NCBI GenBank assembly: GCA_012862495.1
Contig: BLSG01000421.1
Location: 1 to 64,000 of the forward strand
From: Thraustochytrium aureum
Lineage: Eukaryota
Reading direction: 5' to 3'
Length of the DNA stretch: 64,000 bases
Under the pieces are notes generated by a model. It did not search any database. It was not told where the DNA came from and saw nothing but the letters and a program-made list of their open reading frames with translations. This document shows, in pieces, positions 46,989-59,216 of this stretch. The first letter of the stretch is position 1. Each line of letters starts with the position of its first letter. Made by a program: the position numbers and the translations under genes.

Positions 46989-47026
<38 letters not shown>

Positions 47027-48710
47027 GAGGTTCGCCCGGAGCGCCGCGTTAGCATCCTCCAAGTCGGCTATCCGAGCAAGCGCCTCTTCTAATGTGCGTG
47101 GAGCGTCTGCCGAGGGCACCCCAGCCCCAGCTCGCGCTGCACGCTCTTTGTCTGCCTTGACAACTTTTTGCTGCAAGATGTGCGCCTTGGTCTGCAGCAT
47201 GGTGGCGATCTCCTGCATCTTGGCAAAGTCGCTCTCCAGCTGCTCGTTGCGGTCCTCGAGGTCTTGCATCAGGACAAGGTTCTCCTGACGCTCGGCAGTG
47301 AGATGCATAACCTGGCGCTGAAGGGCAACGGTGCGGCCCTTGAGGTCCAAGTTGCCCTTGTCGAGGTCATCGAGCTCGTTCTCTAGCTCCTCTTTTTCGT
47401 CCTCGATGCGCTGCTCCAGCTCACCGATTCGGTTTTGCGCCTTGCCCAGCTCGTCCGTGAGCTGCGAGATGATTTGCACGTACTTTGCTGCCAGCGCGCC
47501 GTCCGAGCCGCGACCCCTGCGACCATCGCCGCCCTCGTTTGACACCTGATCTTCGTCGGGATTGTCGTGGCTGTCGTTGTTGTCGTCGCTCCCGTCCTGA
47601 GGGCTCATCTCTTGGTACTCCTCCTCCTCCTCCTCGAGCTCCTCTTCGCCCTCGTCGAGGTCCTCGCCGTCCTCCTCGTCCAGCGCGCGAGCGGCCGCGG
47701 CGACGTCATCCTCTTCCCGATCCCCGTCTTCATCGTCCTGCTCAGTTGCGTCTTCGGCGTCCCTGGCACCGAGGCCCTCGCTGTTGTCGTCGGCAGGCTG
47801 GCGAGGGCTGGAAACGCTGTTACCAGCGCTGTCGCTCGCCGGATTTGCACTGTGCAAGCTTCGGCTGCTTCCGCCAGCCCCTCTTTTTCGCCCTTCGTCC
47901 TCGCCCTTGAGCAGCGGTTTGACTTCTGGCGTGTGCTGGATGCGGCACTCAATCGAAAACCCCCGTTTCGACTTGGGGTACCCAGTGGCATCCGTCGAAT
48001 TGGTCTCCAGGCGCTCTTTTCGCTGCTCCTCCTCGAGGTCCCTTTGCTTTTGCTCGTGGAGCGACGGTGGCAGCTCGTCGTTGTCCGACAGGCCCCCGCC
48101 GCTGTTCGGGACTTGAAAGTAGGCTGGTGCGCCCAGAGTCTGAGAGTGTGGAAGCCTGGACAGGTCGACGCGCTGCGCGGCCTGCGCGCTCGCTGGCCGC
48201 CCTGGTTGGATCACTGGTGCGGGGGCGTGCGTGACAGGGCTGGAGATGTACAGCGACTGCCCAGCGGCGAAGAACGGTGCGTCTCCAAGGTCGTCGGCGG
48301 CGTAAGTGTGGGGGGGCGCTTCATTCCCTTGGGCACGATGTGGGCTCTGTACTTGTTCAGCAATGGGTTGGCTCGCTTCGCGCTTGCTGCCTTGTCGCTT
48401 CCACGGAGGCGCTCTTCAAGCGCCGACGCCCCATACACAAAGTTCTCGCCCGCCAGAGGAGAATACTGCCTGGCGCTGCTCCCGAACGCTTCTGGCGCCG
48501 CCTCGTCGTTTGGCGAAGGGGGATTGGTGCGAAAACAAAAGCGTGCGGTAGTGCTCGGCGATGGCCTCGCTGGTTCTCGCGGCCGGCTCGCGCCGCCCGT
48601 ATGGCGAGTGCGCAGTCTCACTGCGCGGGGACTTCAGTAACAACGACCCAGGTGGGAGATCGAACGGCCGCCCCGGCCCCCGCGCGCCGTGTAGGATGAT
48701 GACCCGTCAT
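46982..48710 (-). CDS. Low-complexity/acidic coiled-coil protein with C-terminal polyQ; 5' part frameshifted, start uncertain
   Basis: Frame 46982..48214 has an acidic tract, a heptad-rich region (KYVQIISQLTDELGKAQNRIGELEQR...) and Q11. Upstream frames 48211..48621 and 48416..48643 appear to continue it. Confidence 0.65.
46991..47023. repeat. (CTG)11/(CAG)11 trinucleotide repeat encoding polyQ
   Basis: Eleven perfect CTG units on the + strand. Confidence 0.95.
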
Positions 48711-49176
48711 GGGTTTGCGGCCCGGCATACTCTGCTTTAGCGGTCGCCGGACCGGTGCTCCACCCGTCGGGCTGCTCAAGAATGCGCCGTGTGTGGCGGC
48801 TCAGGAGGTTCACGGGAACGCGGCTTGCGCCGTGGCTGCGCACGGCCGGCCCCGACGGCGCTGCGCTGCTTGCCAGTTTGAACCTCCCCGGGCCCCCGTC
48901 CCGGAGCCCAGCCTGCTCCATCTCTCCGAAGCACACACGAGCGGGCTAGCGATCGCGCAAGCGACCAACCGACCAACCAAGCGGCGCCGGTGCGTCCGCG
49001 CGTCCGTGCGGTTGGTCCGAGTATGCGTGCTCGCTCTTTCGCGACTCGCGTCGAAAACGCGTCAGCGAGGCGGCCCTTGCGCCTCTCCTCTCCTCTCCGA
49101 CCAGACAAGCCGCTGCCAGCAATCGCCCTCACCGAGCCCCGCGCCACAACCAGCGCGCCCACCCGCAGCTCGCTCG

Positions 49177-49212
49177 CCTGCCTGCCTGCCTGCCTGCCTG
49201 CTGCCTGCCTGC
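49177..49212. repeat. (GCCT)n microsatellite in the divergent intergenic region
   Basis: cctgcctgcctgcctgcctgcctgctgcctgcctgc. Confidence 0.85.
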
Positions 49213-49730
49213 CCGCTCGTGGCTGTGCACTGCTGGCGGTCGTGCATCTCCCTTTCTCGCTGGTGCATTCCATCTCACATCAAACCGACAGGAATCGACC
49301 AACACGGCGGCCACGGCTCACAGGCGGCTCCCTCTGCGTCGCTCAAGAGCTGCGCAGGCCGTTCAAGAGCTGCGCAACGACGACGGAGGCGCGGCGAGCG
49401 AGTCCGTCGCGCTGGCCCTGTCAGTGAAGGCCCCTGAGGCCCCTGGAGGAGGGAGGGTGTGCCGGAGGTACATCGCGCGGGCGAATGCACGAGAGCGCCT
49501 GGTGCACAAAGACGTCGAGGCAGGTGCTGGCTGGGGCTGACTGCTTGCTTCCAAACGAGCTGGACGTACTCGCCCACGTCAGATAGCGCCTGGAGGGAGA
49601 GGCCGGCAGGCCGGCCCGCCTCGCTGGCGGCCGCTGGAACGCGCCCCACGCACGCACGGCCTGCGCCCAACGCGCAAAAAGATGCGTTGCCTCGTGGACT
49701 CCACGAAAACAGCGACGATTGAAAACAGCG

Positions 49731-50016
49731 ACACGTAACGAGCTCCCTCTATGTGTCGACAGCACGTCGGTGTAACGCCGTAGGTGACGAGACGACCGAG
49801 TCACGCTTGGCACAGCTCACGTCACACGCGCGCTGCGTTTGCGTAACGCACACACCCTACGTGATCACTGTGAATCGAAAAGAGCAGCACGTAACGAACA
49901 CCCTCAATGTGTCGACAGCGCGCCGCAGGCGACGAGGCTCCCTAGTCACGCTTGGCACAGTCCACGTCACACACGCGCTGACATTCGTAACGAAGTCCCC
50001 CACGTGACTATCTGTG
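49731..50016. repeat. Degenerate ~150-bp direct tandem duplication in a divergent promoter region
   Basis: Blocks CACGTAACGA, ATGTGTCGACAGC, AGTCACGCTTGGCACAG, CACGTCACAC, CGTAACG and ACGTGA recur in the same order at offsets of 156 then 145 nt. Confidence 0.85.
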
Positions 50017-50237
50017 CAACTTTGGCTGAGCCAGCTGAGCCTCGGAAGATCCTCGAGTGATGGTGCAGAGTGTTTGGCTGCAGGCCGAGAGAGCGACGCG
50101 CGAGGCCGCGCAGACGCTGAAGCGGCGAGGCAGCGGCGGGGGTGCAGGACGGCGAGCCGGTGAGGACCGCAAAGGGCTGCTTCGTTGCCTCGATAGTGTT
50201 TGCCGCGCAGCCCGGCTCGGTTCGGCCGGCGACGACC

Positions 50238-50611
50238 ATGTGGGCCGCCGCAGCGAAATGCCTGCGACCGGCGCTCGCGCACCTGGTTGGCAGGAGGCCG
50301 CGGCTCGAGCAGGCCAGGCAGATGTCCTCGGCTGCGCAGGCGATGGCGAAGCGCGAGGCCGTCGTGGGCAGGGCGACGCTCCAGGGCGGCCTTGCGCCCG
50401 AGCAAGTGGCTGTGCTGGCTAGGGTCCTGGACCTCGTCCTGAGCCCCGCGTTTCGGGAGGCCACAGCGACCGTGAGCGATATGGGTCCTGCGCCTGCGCC
50501 TGCGCCTGTGCAAGAAACGGTTCCGGTGCAGTGGCTGCCAGTGCCGTTCGGCCCGGTGAGCGAGGTTGGCCCAAACGGTATCCCCATCTTTGAAATGATC
50601 AAGCGTGAATA
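50238..50611 (+). CDS. Mitochondrion-targeted protein, possibly mitoribosomal bL34m; 3' end in gap
   Basis: Arg/Ala/Leu-rich presequence (MWAAAAKCLRPALAHLVGRRPRLEQARQMSS). The last readable residues FEMIKREY resemble the start of the L34 core KR.YQP, but the diagnostic part is in the gap. Confidence 0.45.
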
Positions 50612-51064
50612 NNNNNNNNNNNNNNNNNNNNNNNNNNNNNNNNNNNNNNNNNNNNNNNNNNNNNNNNNNNNNNNNNNNNNNNNNNNNNNNNNNNNNNNNN
50701 NNNNNNNNNNNNNNNNNNNNNNNNNNNNNNNNNNNNNNNNNNNNNNNNNNNNNNNNNNNNNNNNNNNNNNNNNNNNNNNNNNNNNNNNNNNNNNNNNNNN
50801 NNNNNNNNNNNNNNNNNNNNNNNNNNNNNNNNNNNNNNNNNNNNNNNNNNNNNNNNNNNNNNNNNNNNNNNNNNNNNNNNNNNNNNNNNNNNNNNNNNNN
50901 NNNNNNNNNNNNNNNNNNNNNNNNNNNNNNNNNNNNNNNNNNNNNNNNNNNNNNNNNNNNNNNNNNNNNNNNNNNNNNNNNNNNNNNNNNNNNNNNNNNN
51001 NNNNNNNNNNNNNNNNNNNNNNNNNNNNNNNNNNNNNNNNNNNNNNNNNNNNNNNNNNNNNNNN

Positions 51065-53712
51065 ACGCCCTTGGACCTGGGAAGGCGAAGCCGCACCCAC
51101 TGCGCCGCCCTCGGGGTTGGCTCCTCTCGGGCTCGCTCGCAAGCGCTCTTGAAGCTCCCTGATGCGCGCCTCCAGGGCGACGACAGTCTCTCGCTCCGCC
51201 CGAAGCGCCGCCTCCGCATCCTGGCGCGCCTTGGACGCTTCCTCGGCGCGCTCCTCCGCGCTCGCGTTCGCGTCCTTGAGCGCCCTCGTGTGCGCCAGGC
51301 TCGCCGAAAGCTGGTCGCGAGCATGCGCAAGCTCGGCCTGCGCGTTTGCCAGGTCGTGCTTGGCGCGCTGAATCGTGTTTTCGGCCTCCTCGGCTTCAAG
51401 GCGCAGGCGCGAGGTGAGCGCGTCGGCGTCATCATTCGCGCGTTCGAGCCGCTCGCGCAACGAGGCGACTTGGGCATGAAGCTCCTCGAGGCCCTGCTCC
51501 TTGCTCTCGAGCTCCTCGCGCAACCTGGCGCGCTCCGCGGTTGAGCCGTCCAGCAGGCTTTGCAGGTTGTCGATCTTGACCTGCTGCGCCCGCATATCTG
51601 TCTCCACAGCGCGCAAGGCGTCCTCTTTCGTCCCGATTGTGTTGACCCATGCCTCGCCCTCGTTGGCCAGGTCCGCCATGCTCGCTTCCAGCTTGGCGAT
51701 GCGGTCTTCGGCAGCGTCCTTCTCGCGCTGGAGCGCCGCTGCCTTGACGCGTGCTTGCCCAAGCGCCCTTTCGAGGGCGGCTTTGTCAACCGCGACGTCT
51801 CGCCGTTCGGCCTCAACGCGGTCTTTGAGATTGTCGAGCTGCTCAACGGCGAGCATCTTCTCAATCGTCGCGTGCTCGGCCACGGTGCGCTGTTCCTGCA
51901 CCACTTCGCAAAGCCGCGTCACGCGTTCGCCCTGCGCCGCGAGCCGCTCCTCGCATTGGCTGACAGTGTCGCGGAGCCGAGCATTCGCTTGTTGGAGCTG
52001 AGTGCGCAGTTCGTCGGCCCACTCCTTGAGTCTGTTCTGCGCCGCAACCACCTGGCTCTGCCCAGTCGTTGCCTGAGCGAAACTGAAGCGAATACTTGCC
52101 GCAGGGTTGCGCAGCTCGGCGTCCGCTGCGAGCGCGTTTGAACTTCCGCAGCGCGCAAGCTTGACGAGGCTCGCGACGCGGCTCAGCGAGCACGGCGCGT
52201 ACTCGACCAAGTCCCGCTGGGTTCGGACGCATCGTTCCTCGACGGGCTCGCCGCCAATGGCCACGAGCGCATCGCCTGCGCGAATGAGGCAAGAACGCTC
52301 CAGCTGGCCGCTCTGCTCCTTCCCTCGAAATTTGATGGGGCAAAATCCGCTTACGCAGACGCACGCGGCTCCGCGACGCGGCCAGTCCTCGAGCTTGGTC
52401 TGCTGCTGGGCTCGGGGTCCTGAGCTCACGGCAGCCGCTCCCGCCCGCGTGCCCTTCGGCACGACATGGAAGAGCGAGAGGGTTATGCCAAGCCCTTCCC
52501 CTTCCTCAAGCTCCACCTCGACGTCGTAATGGGCCCCGAACCCTGCGCTCTTGTACAGGTCAAAGCGGGCAGGCATGGCCTCCTCGGACTTCGGGCCAAG
52601 CCCAGTCGCCGCCGCCCCCGTCTCGCTGCCGGCCGCGCTGGACATGGTCTCACCGCTCAGCGGGTCAAGCGCCGAAGACAACAACGAGGAGACAGAGCGT
52701 AGCACGTTGTTCTCGCCCCCAGAGCTTGATCCAGCCAGCGAAAGGCCCGGGAGGCGAAACAGCGAGCCGCCCAAGCTCGAGCGTGGTTTCGCTGCTGAGA
52801 GCTGGGCGTTGAAGTCGTAGTCTAGCGCTTGCCACACTTGCGGGTACGAGCAGTCCACAGCACGGTGGAAGCTGTTGTCCCGAGCGGGCTCGCTGCTGAT
52901 CGACTCTGGGCGCCCCTGCCTGGCCTCGTGCGCCGTGAGCGGTGCTGTCGGGGCCTCGCGATCGCGAGCGGGGTCGTCATACTCTGGAGCGCGCGCCGGG
53001 CCTGGCCCACAGAGGCGCGCACGCTCGGCGCGCACGATGTGGACGATGGCGTCTCGCTCCAGGTTGGAGCTCGCGACGACCTCGACAACCTTGGCAATGC
53101 CACCGTCGCCGCCGAAAACGAGCTTGAGGCACGTTTCTGCCACGGTGCTCGGTGCAACACGGATCGACTCCTCAGGAACCCTACAGCTCGCACCCTGCAG
53201 CAGGGCGGCCTCGGCATCGTCCGCCGTTTGGAGCAGGTGGCGCGGGGCTTCTACTTCATCGTCCGCAGCGCTTCCCTCACTTGCGGTATCGTCCTCCTCA
53301 AGCGAGGCGTGGCTGGGCCGCGGGCTGCGCCCGCTGACCTTCGAACGAGCACGCGTAGCGCCTTGCCGTCCTGGGAGGACTCGAGGATCAGCGCGCTCCT
53401 GTGCGCGGGATCGGCTTTGTTCTGTACAGCGAACAAGACCTTGCTGCGGGACGGATCGCGCGCCGCGACGCAGGAAACGAGGGCCTCGCTCAGGCCGAAC
53501 ACGCCGTCCTTGACGACCAGAATCCTCTCTCGGCCGTCGCCCGCGCTCCGTTCCGAGGCCAAAGACGAAAGCGAGGCTGTCGAGGCGGCCGAGGGGAGTG
53601 CGGAGGTTGGGCTGACGCTTTCATCTGTATTAGCAGAGTCCTCCGCCTGGTCACCCAACGAGCCTGCGAGGCGAGCGTAGAGCGACGTCATTCGGACCTC
53701 GGCGCGCAGCAT
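51065..53712 (-). CDS. PDZ-like domain + long coiled-coil protein; frameshift(s) ~53150-53260, 3' end in gap
   Basis: YDVEVELEEGEGLGITL...GQLERSCLIRAGDALVAIGGEPV (PDZ-like), then ~300 aa of heptad repeats. ORF 53251..53712 is the likely N-terminus. Confidence 0.7.
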
Positions 53713-54242
53713 GCAGCCGACGTCGTCTCCGTTTGCGCGGTAAAACCCGCCGCGCGCCCCTGTGATTGCTTGCCAAGTCGAGGCGGGGCGCTTGCGCGAC
53801 CATTGAATCTCGAGCAGCTTTTTGTCTTTCTCGGTGCCAACAACAATGCCNNNNNNNNNNNNNNNNNNNNNNNNNNNNNNNNNNNNNNNNNNNNNNNNNN
53901 NNNNNNNNNNNNNNNNNNNNNNNNNNNNNNNNNNNNNNNNNNNNNNNNNNNNNNNNNNNNNNNNNNNNNNNNNNNNNNNNNNNNNNNNNNNNNNNNNNNN
54001 NNNNNNNNNNNNNNNNNNNNNNNNNNNNNNNNNNNNNNNNNNNNNNNNNNNNNNNNNNNNNNNNNNNNNNNNNNNNNNNNNNNNNNNNNNNNNNNNNNNN
54101 NAGAGGCCCGCCGCTCGTGACCGCCCTCCCGCCCGCCTTCCCGCGAGGCGCGGCTTGGTTGTCGGTGGCGTGGGCGGGGATCTTCGACGGCAAGATTGAG
54201 CGGCTTCGCAGGGCCGGTCGCGACCAGGTCGACCTGGCCGCG

Positions 54243-55202
54243 ATGCGGGCGGGAGGGATCAGGACCAGGAGGGACGAGAAGGCGCGGCACGGGACAACGG
54301 GCCGCACCAGAAAGGTCGTGGTGCTGGCTGGTGCGCTCGTCTTGTGGGTGGCGCTGATGCTGTTGAGGGCGCTGGAGCCAACGAGGTCGTCGTTCGCGGC
54401 GCTGGGGCGAGCGGCGGATGGCGCGGTGGTGCTGCGCGGAGAAAGCAGCCGGGGCGTCACGGAGATAGCGCGCCGCGGGTTTGTCCTGTTTCAGTTCGGC
54501 GATCGCTCGGCACTCGACAGATACGCCCCGCTGATCGAGTCGGTGCGCAAGTACGCGCGGCAGCACGGATACCAGCACCACGTCCGCGAGATTGCTTCGT
54601 ACCAGAAGCGCGTCAAGCCCCTGCTGTTGTCCGAAATGGTAGATTCGCTTGCCCCGGGCGACTCTCTCGTTTTCCTCGACCTTGACATCGAGGTGATGAC
54701 GCCGGCCGTCGGCCTAGACGAGGTCCTGGACCGCGCGGGGCCTTCCTGCGCCTTTGTGGCGCAAGATAGCAACCACACGATCAACTCGGGGTTTCTCATG
54801 CTCGACTCTAGCCCCGAGTCGAAATCCCTGTTGAGCGACTGGCTCGCGTACTTTGACCTCAACGGGGACCAGGTCATCTTTGACCAGTTTATGCTTCAGG
54901 AGGCCGTTCTGCGCGCCGCAGCGAACCGCGAGCAGATCTCCAACGTCTGCTACTCGCCAAGCGTGGCCTTCGACGTGGTCAACTTTTGCTATGCGGACAC
55001 CATGCGCGCTCTGGGTCTGCCGCTGGACCACCGCACATTCGGCCGCTTTTGCTTCCTTGACCACAGGACACGCGTCAACATGCACGACTCGGGGGACGAG
55101 TACTGCATCGGAGACCTTTTGCGCCACGCCAAGGTGCACGCGAGCTTCGCTTCCTTGCTCTTCTGGCACCTCGTCGGCAAGCTCGCGGGCAGATGTCCCT
55201 GA
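54243..55202 (+). CDS. Type-II membrane glycosyltransferase, GT34 (MNN10/GMA12)-like; C-terminus possibly frameshifted
   Basis: TM (VVVLAGALVLWVALMLL), RKYARQHGY, VKPLLL, LVFLDLD (DxD), AQD...INSGFLML, DQFML. Confidence 0.8.
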   Translation: MRAGGIRTRRDEKARHGTTGRTRKVVVLAGALVLWVALMLLRALEPTRSSFAALGRAADGAVVLRGESSRGVTEIARRGFVLFQFGDRSALDRYAPLIESVRKYARQHGYQHHVREIASYQKRVKPLLLSEMVDSLAPGDSLVFLDLDIEVMTPAVGLDEVLDRAGPSCAFVAQDSNHTINSGFLMLDSSPESKSLLSDWLAYFDLNGDQVIFDQFMLQEAVLRAAANREQISNVCYSPSVAFDVVNFCYADTMRALGLPLDHRTFGRFCFLDHRTRVNMHDSGDEYCIGDLLRHAKVHASFASLLFWHLVGKLAGRCP

Positions 55203-55790
55203 CTCGAGGGCCCCGGCCCACGACCCGCCTCGTTCGTCCAACCCCCGCGCACGGCAAAGTCCGCCGCTGCCGAGGCAGGTTTGGCTCTCGAAAAGAACGA
55301 GGCCGCGCTTGCGCTCGATCAAATCATCTTGAAGGCGGTGGTTTTGCCCTGTCCGCTCTCGATGCGAAAGAACTGAGCTCTGCAGAGTACCTTTTCACGT
55401 CCCTCCTCCTCCTCATCGCCGACTTGCGTGGCATGGGTGTCGATCGTTGCCTGGGCAGCCCTCCCGCCCTCGATGCGCGCCGCCTCTCGTCACCAGCTGG
55501 CCGCCATCAACTCCTTCCTCCTCCGCGTCCACAAGCGATGAATGAACCACGACGCTCTTGGACCCGCGGCCGGCCGGACCACGACAATGCGTCACGCGCC
55601 ACGCTGCCCTGGCACTTCACGGGGATACTCGGGGCCATCTCCTCTGCAATCGGCAGCGTCCTGCGGTGCGTGCGAGTGCGTGCGAGTGCGCGAGCGAGGT
55701 CTGTCTGTGCCCGTGTACACCTGCGTGCGTGGGGTCAGACGCACGAAAGAGGCTTGAGCGGCGGCACAAAGAGTGAATGAATGAACGCGA

Positions 55791-55822
55791 GAGTGAGTGA
55801 GTGAGTGAGTGAGTGAGTGAGC
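55791..55822. repeat. (GAGT)n microsatellite upstream of the gene at 56311
   Basis: gagtgagtgagtgagtgagtgagtgagtgag. Confidence 0.9.
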
Positions 55823-56310
55823 GAGTGCCCGCAAGTCCCTGAGCGGCCCGCGAGCAGGCAGACAGCGCTTGCTCGGACGCGCGCGGTCTGAGGAGAGCCA
55901 GGGAGAGCGGGGCGCTGCAGCGCTGCGCTGCGCTGCGCTGCTCTCGTTTGGAAGCGGGCCGAGCCGGCGTAAGGAAGGCACTTGGAAGGGCAGGAACGCG
56001 ATCGCGGGTGCGCGCTTGGCAAGGGCAGCAACGTGCCACGCGCGCTCTCTGTATCGGCGCGGCCCCCGCAGGCCGGTGGGGCGGAGAGGGACGCGGTGAG
56101 GGACGCGCTGGGCGCCGGGGGCCGCCAAGGCGAGGGAAGCACCGTCTAGACCGTCGGTTGGGGCGAGGCGCAGCGAGGCGGCCGGTGGGCCGGGACCTGT
56201 GTGCGACAGCCCTCGTCGGCCCCAGCAGCGCCTCGCTGCAGGTCCATGCTCAGCGACGCGGCGTGAGCAGCCAGACCCCACGCGCGCTCAAAAGTGAGCC
56301 GCGCTCCAAC

Positions 56311-57926
56311 ATGCGGCTCACTTCCAAGTCGCGAAGACTCTCGTCGAGGTCGAGCTTCAGCGAGCTTGGGACCCGCCTCGCCTTCCGAGGCCAGAGCGAG
56401 ACCAAGTCTGGCGAACTCGGCAAGATCCGGCGATGCAGCAGCCTCAGCACCGTGCAATCGCGCGCGTCAAACTTGAATCTTGGCGACAGGATCACGCAAG
56501 CGGACTTTGCGCAGGTTCAGGCTTACGTTGAGGGCAACCCGCAGCAGAGTCTGCAGACGATCTTGCGCAAACTGCTGGAAAGCACCTTCACAGCGGAGCA
56601 GATCCTGCTGGTGGCCGACTGCGTCTTGTTCTCCGTGGGCCACCTGTTCCCTCCAGGCGAGTTTCTCGAATCGTGCTGCGATCTCTACGAGCGCGCTGAC
56701 AACGACGACCACTGGACCCCGATCCACGTCAACGACGATCTGTCGTGCGACTCGCAGCGGTCTTTCGTCACCTTCACCGTCGTGCGCTGGCTCAAACACT
56801 GGGAAGGGATGCGGATAACACAAAGCGACAACCGCGCGAGGAAAGCCGCGTGGGCCCTCATGAACCTCATCGAGCAAGACGCAGATCTCGACCTGTGCGC
56901 TGACAACCAGTTCGACGAAAACGAAGAGGAAGACGAGGAGGAGGAGGAAGAAGAAGAAGAACCCGGCAGCGGCCACGGCCCAGAAACAGGCGGGCGGCCC
57001 AAGACTGCCGGCATGGCCAAAACCAGGCGCCGGGAGGGGCTCGTAAAGCTTGCCCGCGAGCTAGAGGACCTCCTCAGCCTGGCCCGCCACGTGTCAGCTT
57101 TTGGCGAGAGCCCGCGCGGTCGAAGCTCGTTTCTTCCACTTCCGCTTGGCCTGGAAGAGTATTCTGAGGAGGACTCGATCCTTTGGTTTCTTGACAGGGA
57201 GAGCGAGGCGGCAGAGGACGTCACGGACGACGAAACCTCTGACGAGGAAGCCGCAAGTGCGAGGGAGGGTCGCCACGCGCCGCGCAAGGGCGAGTCGCGC
57301 TTTAGTCGCTCGCATCAGCTGTACTCGTACCCAAGTGCAGACGGCCCCGCAGCCAACCGACCGCGGTCCCTCTCGCTGAGCCACCGGCGCCATAGGGCCC
57401 CGCAGCCCGGCGGGCGCAAGCGCGCCTCCGACTTGAGCTCGTGGGTTCAGATCCGTGCTGCGGCCTCCACCTCCTCAGCCTTGCCGGACGTTTACGCGGA
57501 GGGGGTCGAGGAAGGTGCAGCTGAGGGCGTCTCCAACTTTGGCAGCTGGGCTGGCGGCGAAGGGGACAGCAGTTCGACTGCCTCGGGGGGATCGGGGGGC
57601 TCGCGATCCGCGAGCCCACGCAGCGACGCCTCTCGGTTGGCAGGGACGGCGTCGAGCCTGAACAACTCGCAGCGCGGGTCGCTGGATGTGGGTTCTGGAG
57701 CCAGCGGTAGCGGTGAGGAGTCGCCCGTTTTTGCGACTGGCAAGTCGGCTCCCCGCGGCCCGCCGCGCCGCCGACGCGACAGCCTGTCGAACGGCGATGC
57801 GGCCAAGGCGCTCGCCCGGGCGCGCGAGCAGCGCAAGGCGGCGATGCGCCGAGGCCACCACTACCAATCGTCTATGCCCCGTTCTTGTCCGCTCCGACGA
57901 TGGGCTTTGCACCGCGTTCAACGGAG
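56311..57926 (+). CDS. Hypothetical protein with a RasGEF N-terminal (REM)-like segment and Ser-rich low-complexity region; 3' end in gap
   Basis: VLFSVGHLFPPGEFLESCCDLYE...QRSFVTFTVVRWLKHW loosely matches REM (FL..Y..F..P.E.L...Y...V...L..W). Long open frame from the ATG at 56311. Confidence 0.55.
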
Positions 57927-58651
57927 NNNNNNNNNNNNNNNNNNNNNNNNNNNNNNNNNNNNNNNNNNNNNNNNNNNNNNNNNNNNNNNNNNNNNNNNNN
58001 NNNNNNNNNNNNNNNNNNNNNNNNNNNNNNNNNNNNNNNNNNNNNNNNNNNNNNNNNNNNNNNNNNNNNNNNNNNNNNNNNNNNNNNNNNNNNNNNNNNN
58101 NNNNNNNNNNNNNNNNNNNNNNNNNNNNNNNNNNNNNNNNNNNNNNNNNNNNNNNNNNNNNNNNNNNNNNNNNNNNNNNNNNNNNNNNNNNNNNNNNNNN
58201 NNNNNNNNNNNNNNNNNNNNNNNNNNNNNNNNNNNNNNNNNNNNNNNNNNNNNNNNNNNNNNNNNNNNNNNNNNNNNNNNNNNNNNNNNNNNNNNNNNNN
58301 NNNNNNNNNNNNNNNNNNNNNNNNNNNNNNNNNNNNNNNNNNNNNNNNNNNNNNNNNNNNNNNNNNNNNNNNNNNNNNNNNNNNNNNNNNNNNNNNNNNN
58401 NNNNNNNNNNNNNNNNNNNNNNNNNNNNNNNNNNNNNNNNNNNNNNNNNNNNNNNNNNNNNNNNNNNNNNNNNNNNNNNNNNNNNNNNNNNNNNNNNNNN
58501 NNNNNNNNNNNNNNNNNNNNNNNNNNNNNNNNNNNNNNNNNNNNNNNNNNNNNNNNNNNNNNNNNNNNNNNNNNNNNNNNNNNNNNNNNNNNNNNNNNNN
58601 NNNNNNNNNNNNNNNNNNNNNNNNNNNNNNNNNNNNNNNNNNNNNNNNNNN

Positions 58652-59031
58652 CTGCTGCGTTGGCAAAGGGCGAGACACAGTCTACGTCGGAGCACGAGAG
58701 CAAGCAGGACCTCGAGCGCGCCGTACTGGTGCCTGTCCTTCTGAACTGCGCTCAGTGCCACCTCAAGCTGGACGAGCCCGCGCAATGCCGCGAGTATTGC
58801 ACAAGAGCCCTTGGATGCGAACCGACCAATGCCAAGGCGTACTATCGCCGCTCGGTGGCCCATCTGGCCCTGGGCGAGGTGGCAGAGGCGAGCGCCGACG
58901 CTCTGACGTTCAGTAGGTTGCACGGCGAGCAAAGCGCAGAGGCGCTCGAGCTTAATCAGCGCGTCCGTCGCCTGCGAGAGAGCCTCGCGGCGAACGAGCG
59001 GAAACTGGCCAAAGCAATGTTTGCGCCGTAG
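58652..59031 (+). CDS. C-terminal TPR domain of the FKBP/Cyp40 co-chaperone type; 5' end in gap
   Basis: LLNCAQCHLKL....C...C.RAL..EPTNAKAYYRRS.A...LG and the C-terminal helix ERKLAKAMF. Confidence 0.8.
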
Positions 59032-59216
59032 GCCTTCATCTTTCTTCGAGACGAAAGTCTCGTTGGGTACCGTAGGTCAACTTGAGAGAAAGCTATGTGA
59101 GTGGACCTCGAGAGAGGGACGACCACGCGGGCACGCGGGACGGGAGTAAAGAGAAGACCTGTCTTGTGTTTAAAAAGAGAGCCAGCGCCCTAAGCGGGGC
59201 AGGCTTGCTGTGGCCT

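Noticed and set aside
49731..50016. Possible CRISPR array
   Set aside because: Only two long degenerate copies, no constant repeat/spacer period, no cas genes, and a eukaryotic context.
49967..51064. C-terminal extension of the coiled-coil ORF across the gap
   Set aside because: It crosses Ns and is antisense to the mitochondrial-targeted gene at 50238.
55948..59031. 1027-aa ORF suggesting a REM-like + TPR fusion
   Set aside because: The two parts are joined only through a ~725-nt N-gap of estimated size, so frame continuity is meaningless. Treated as two partial genes.
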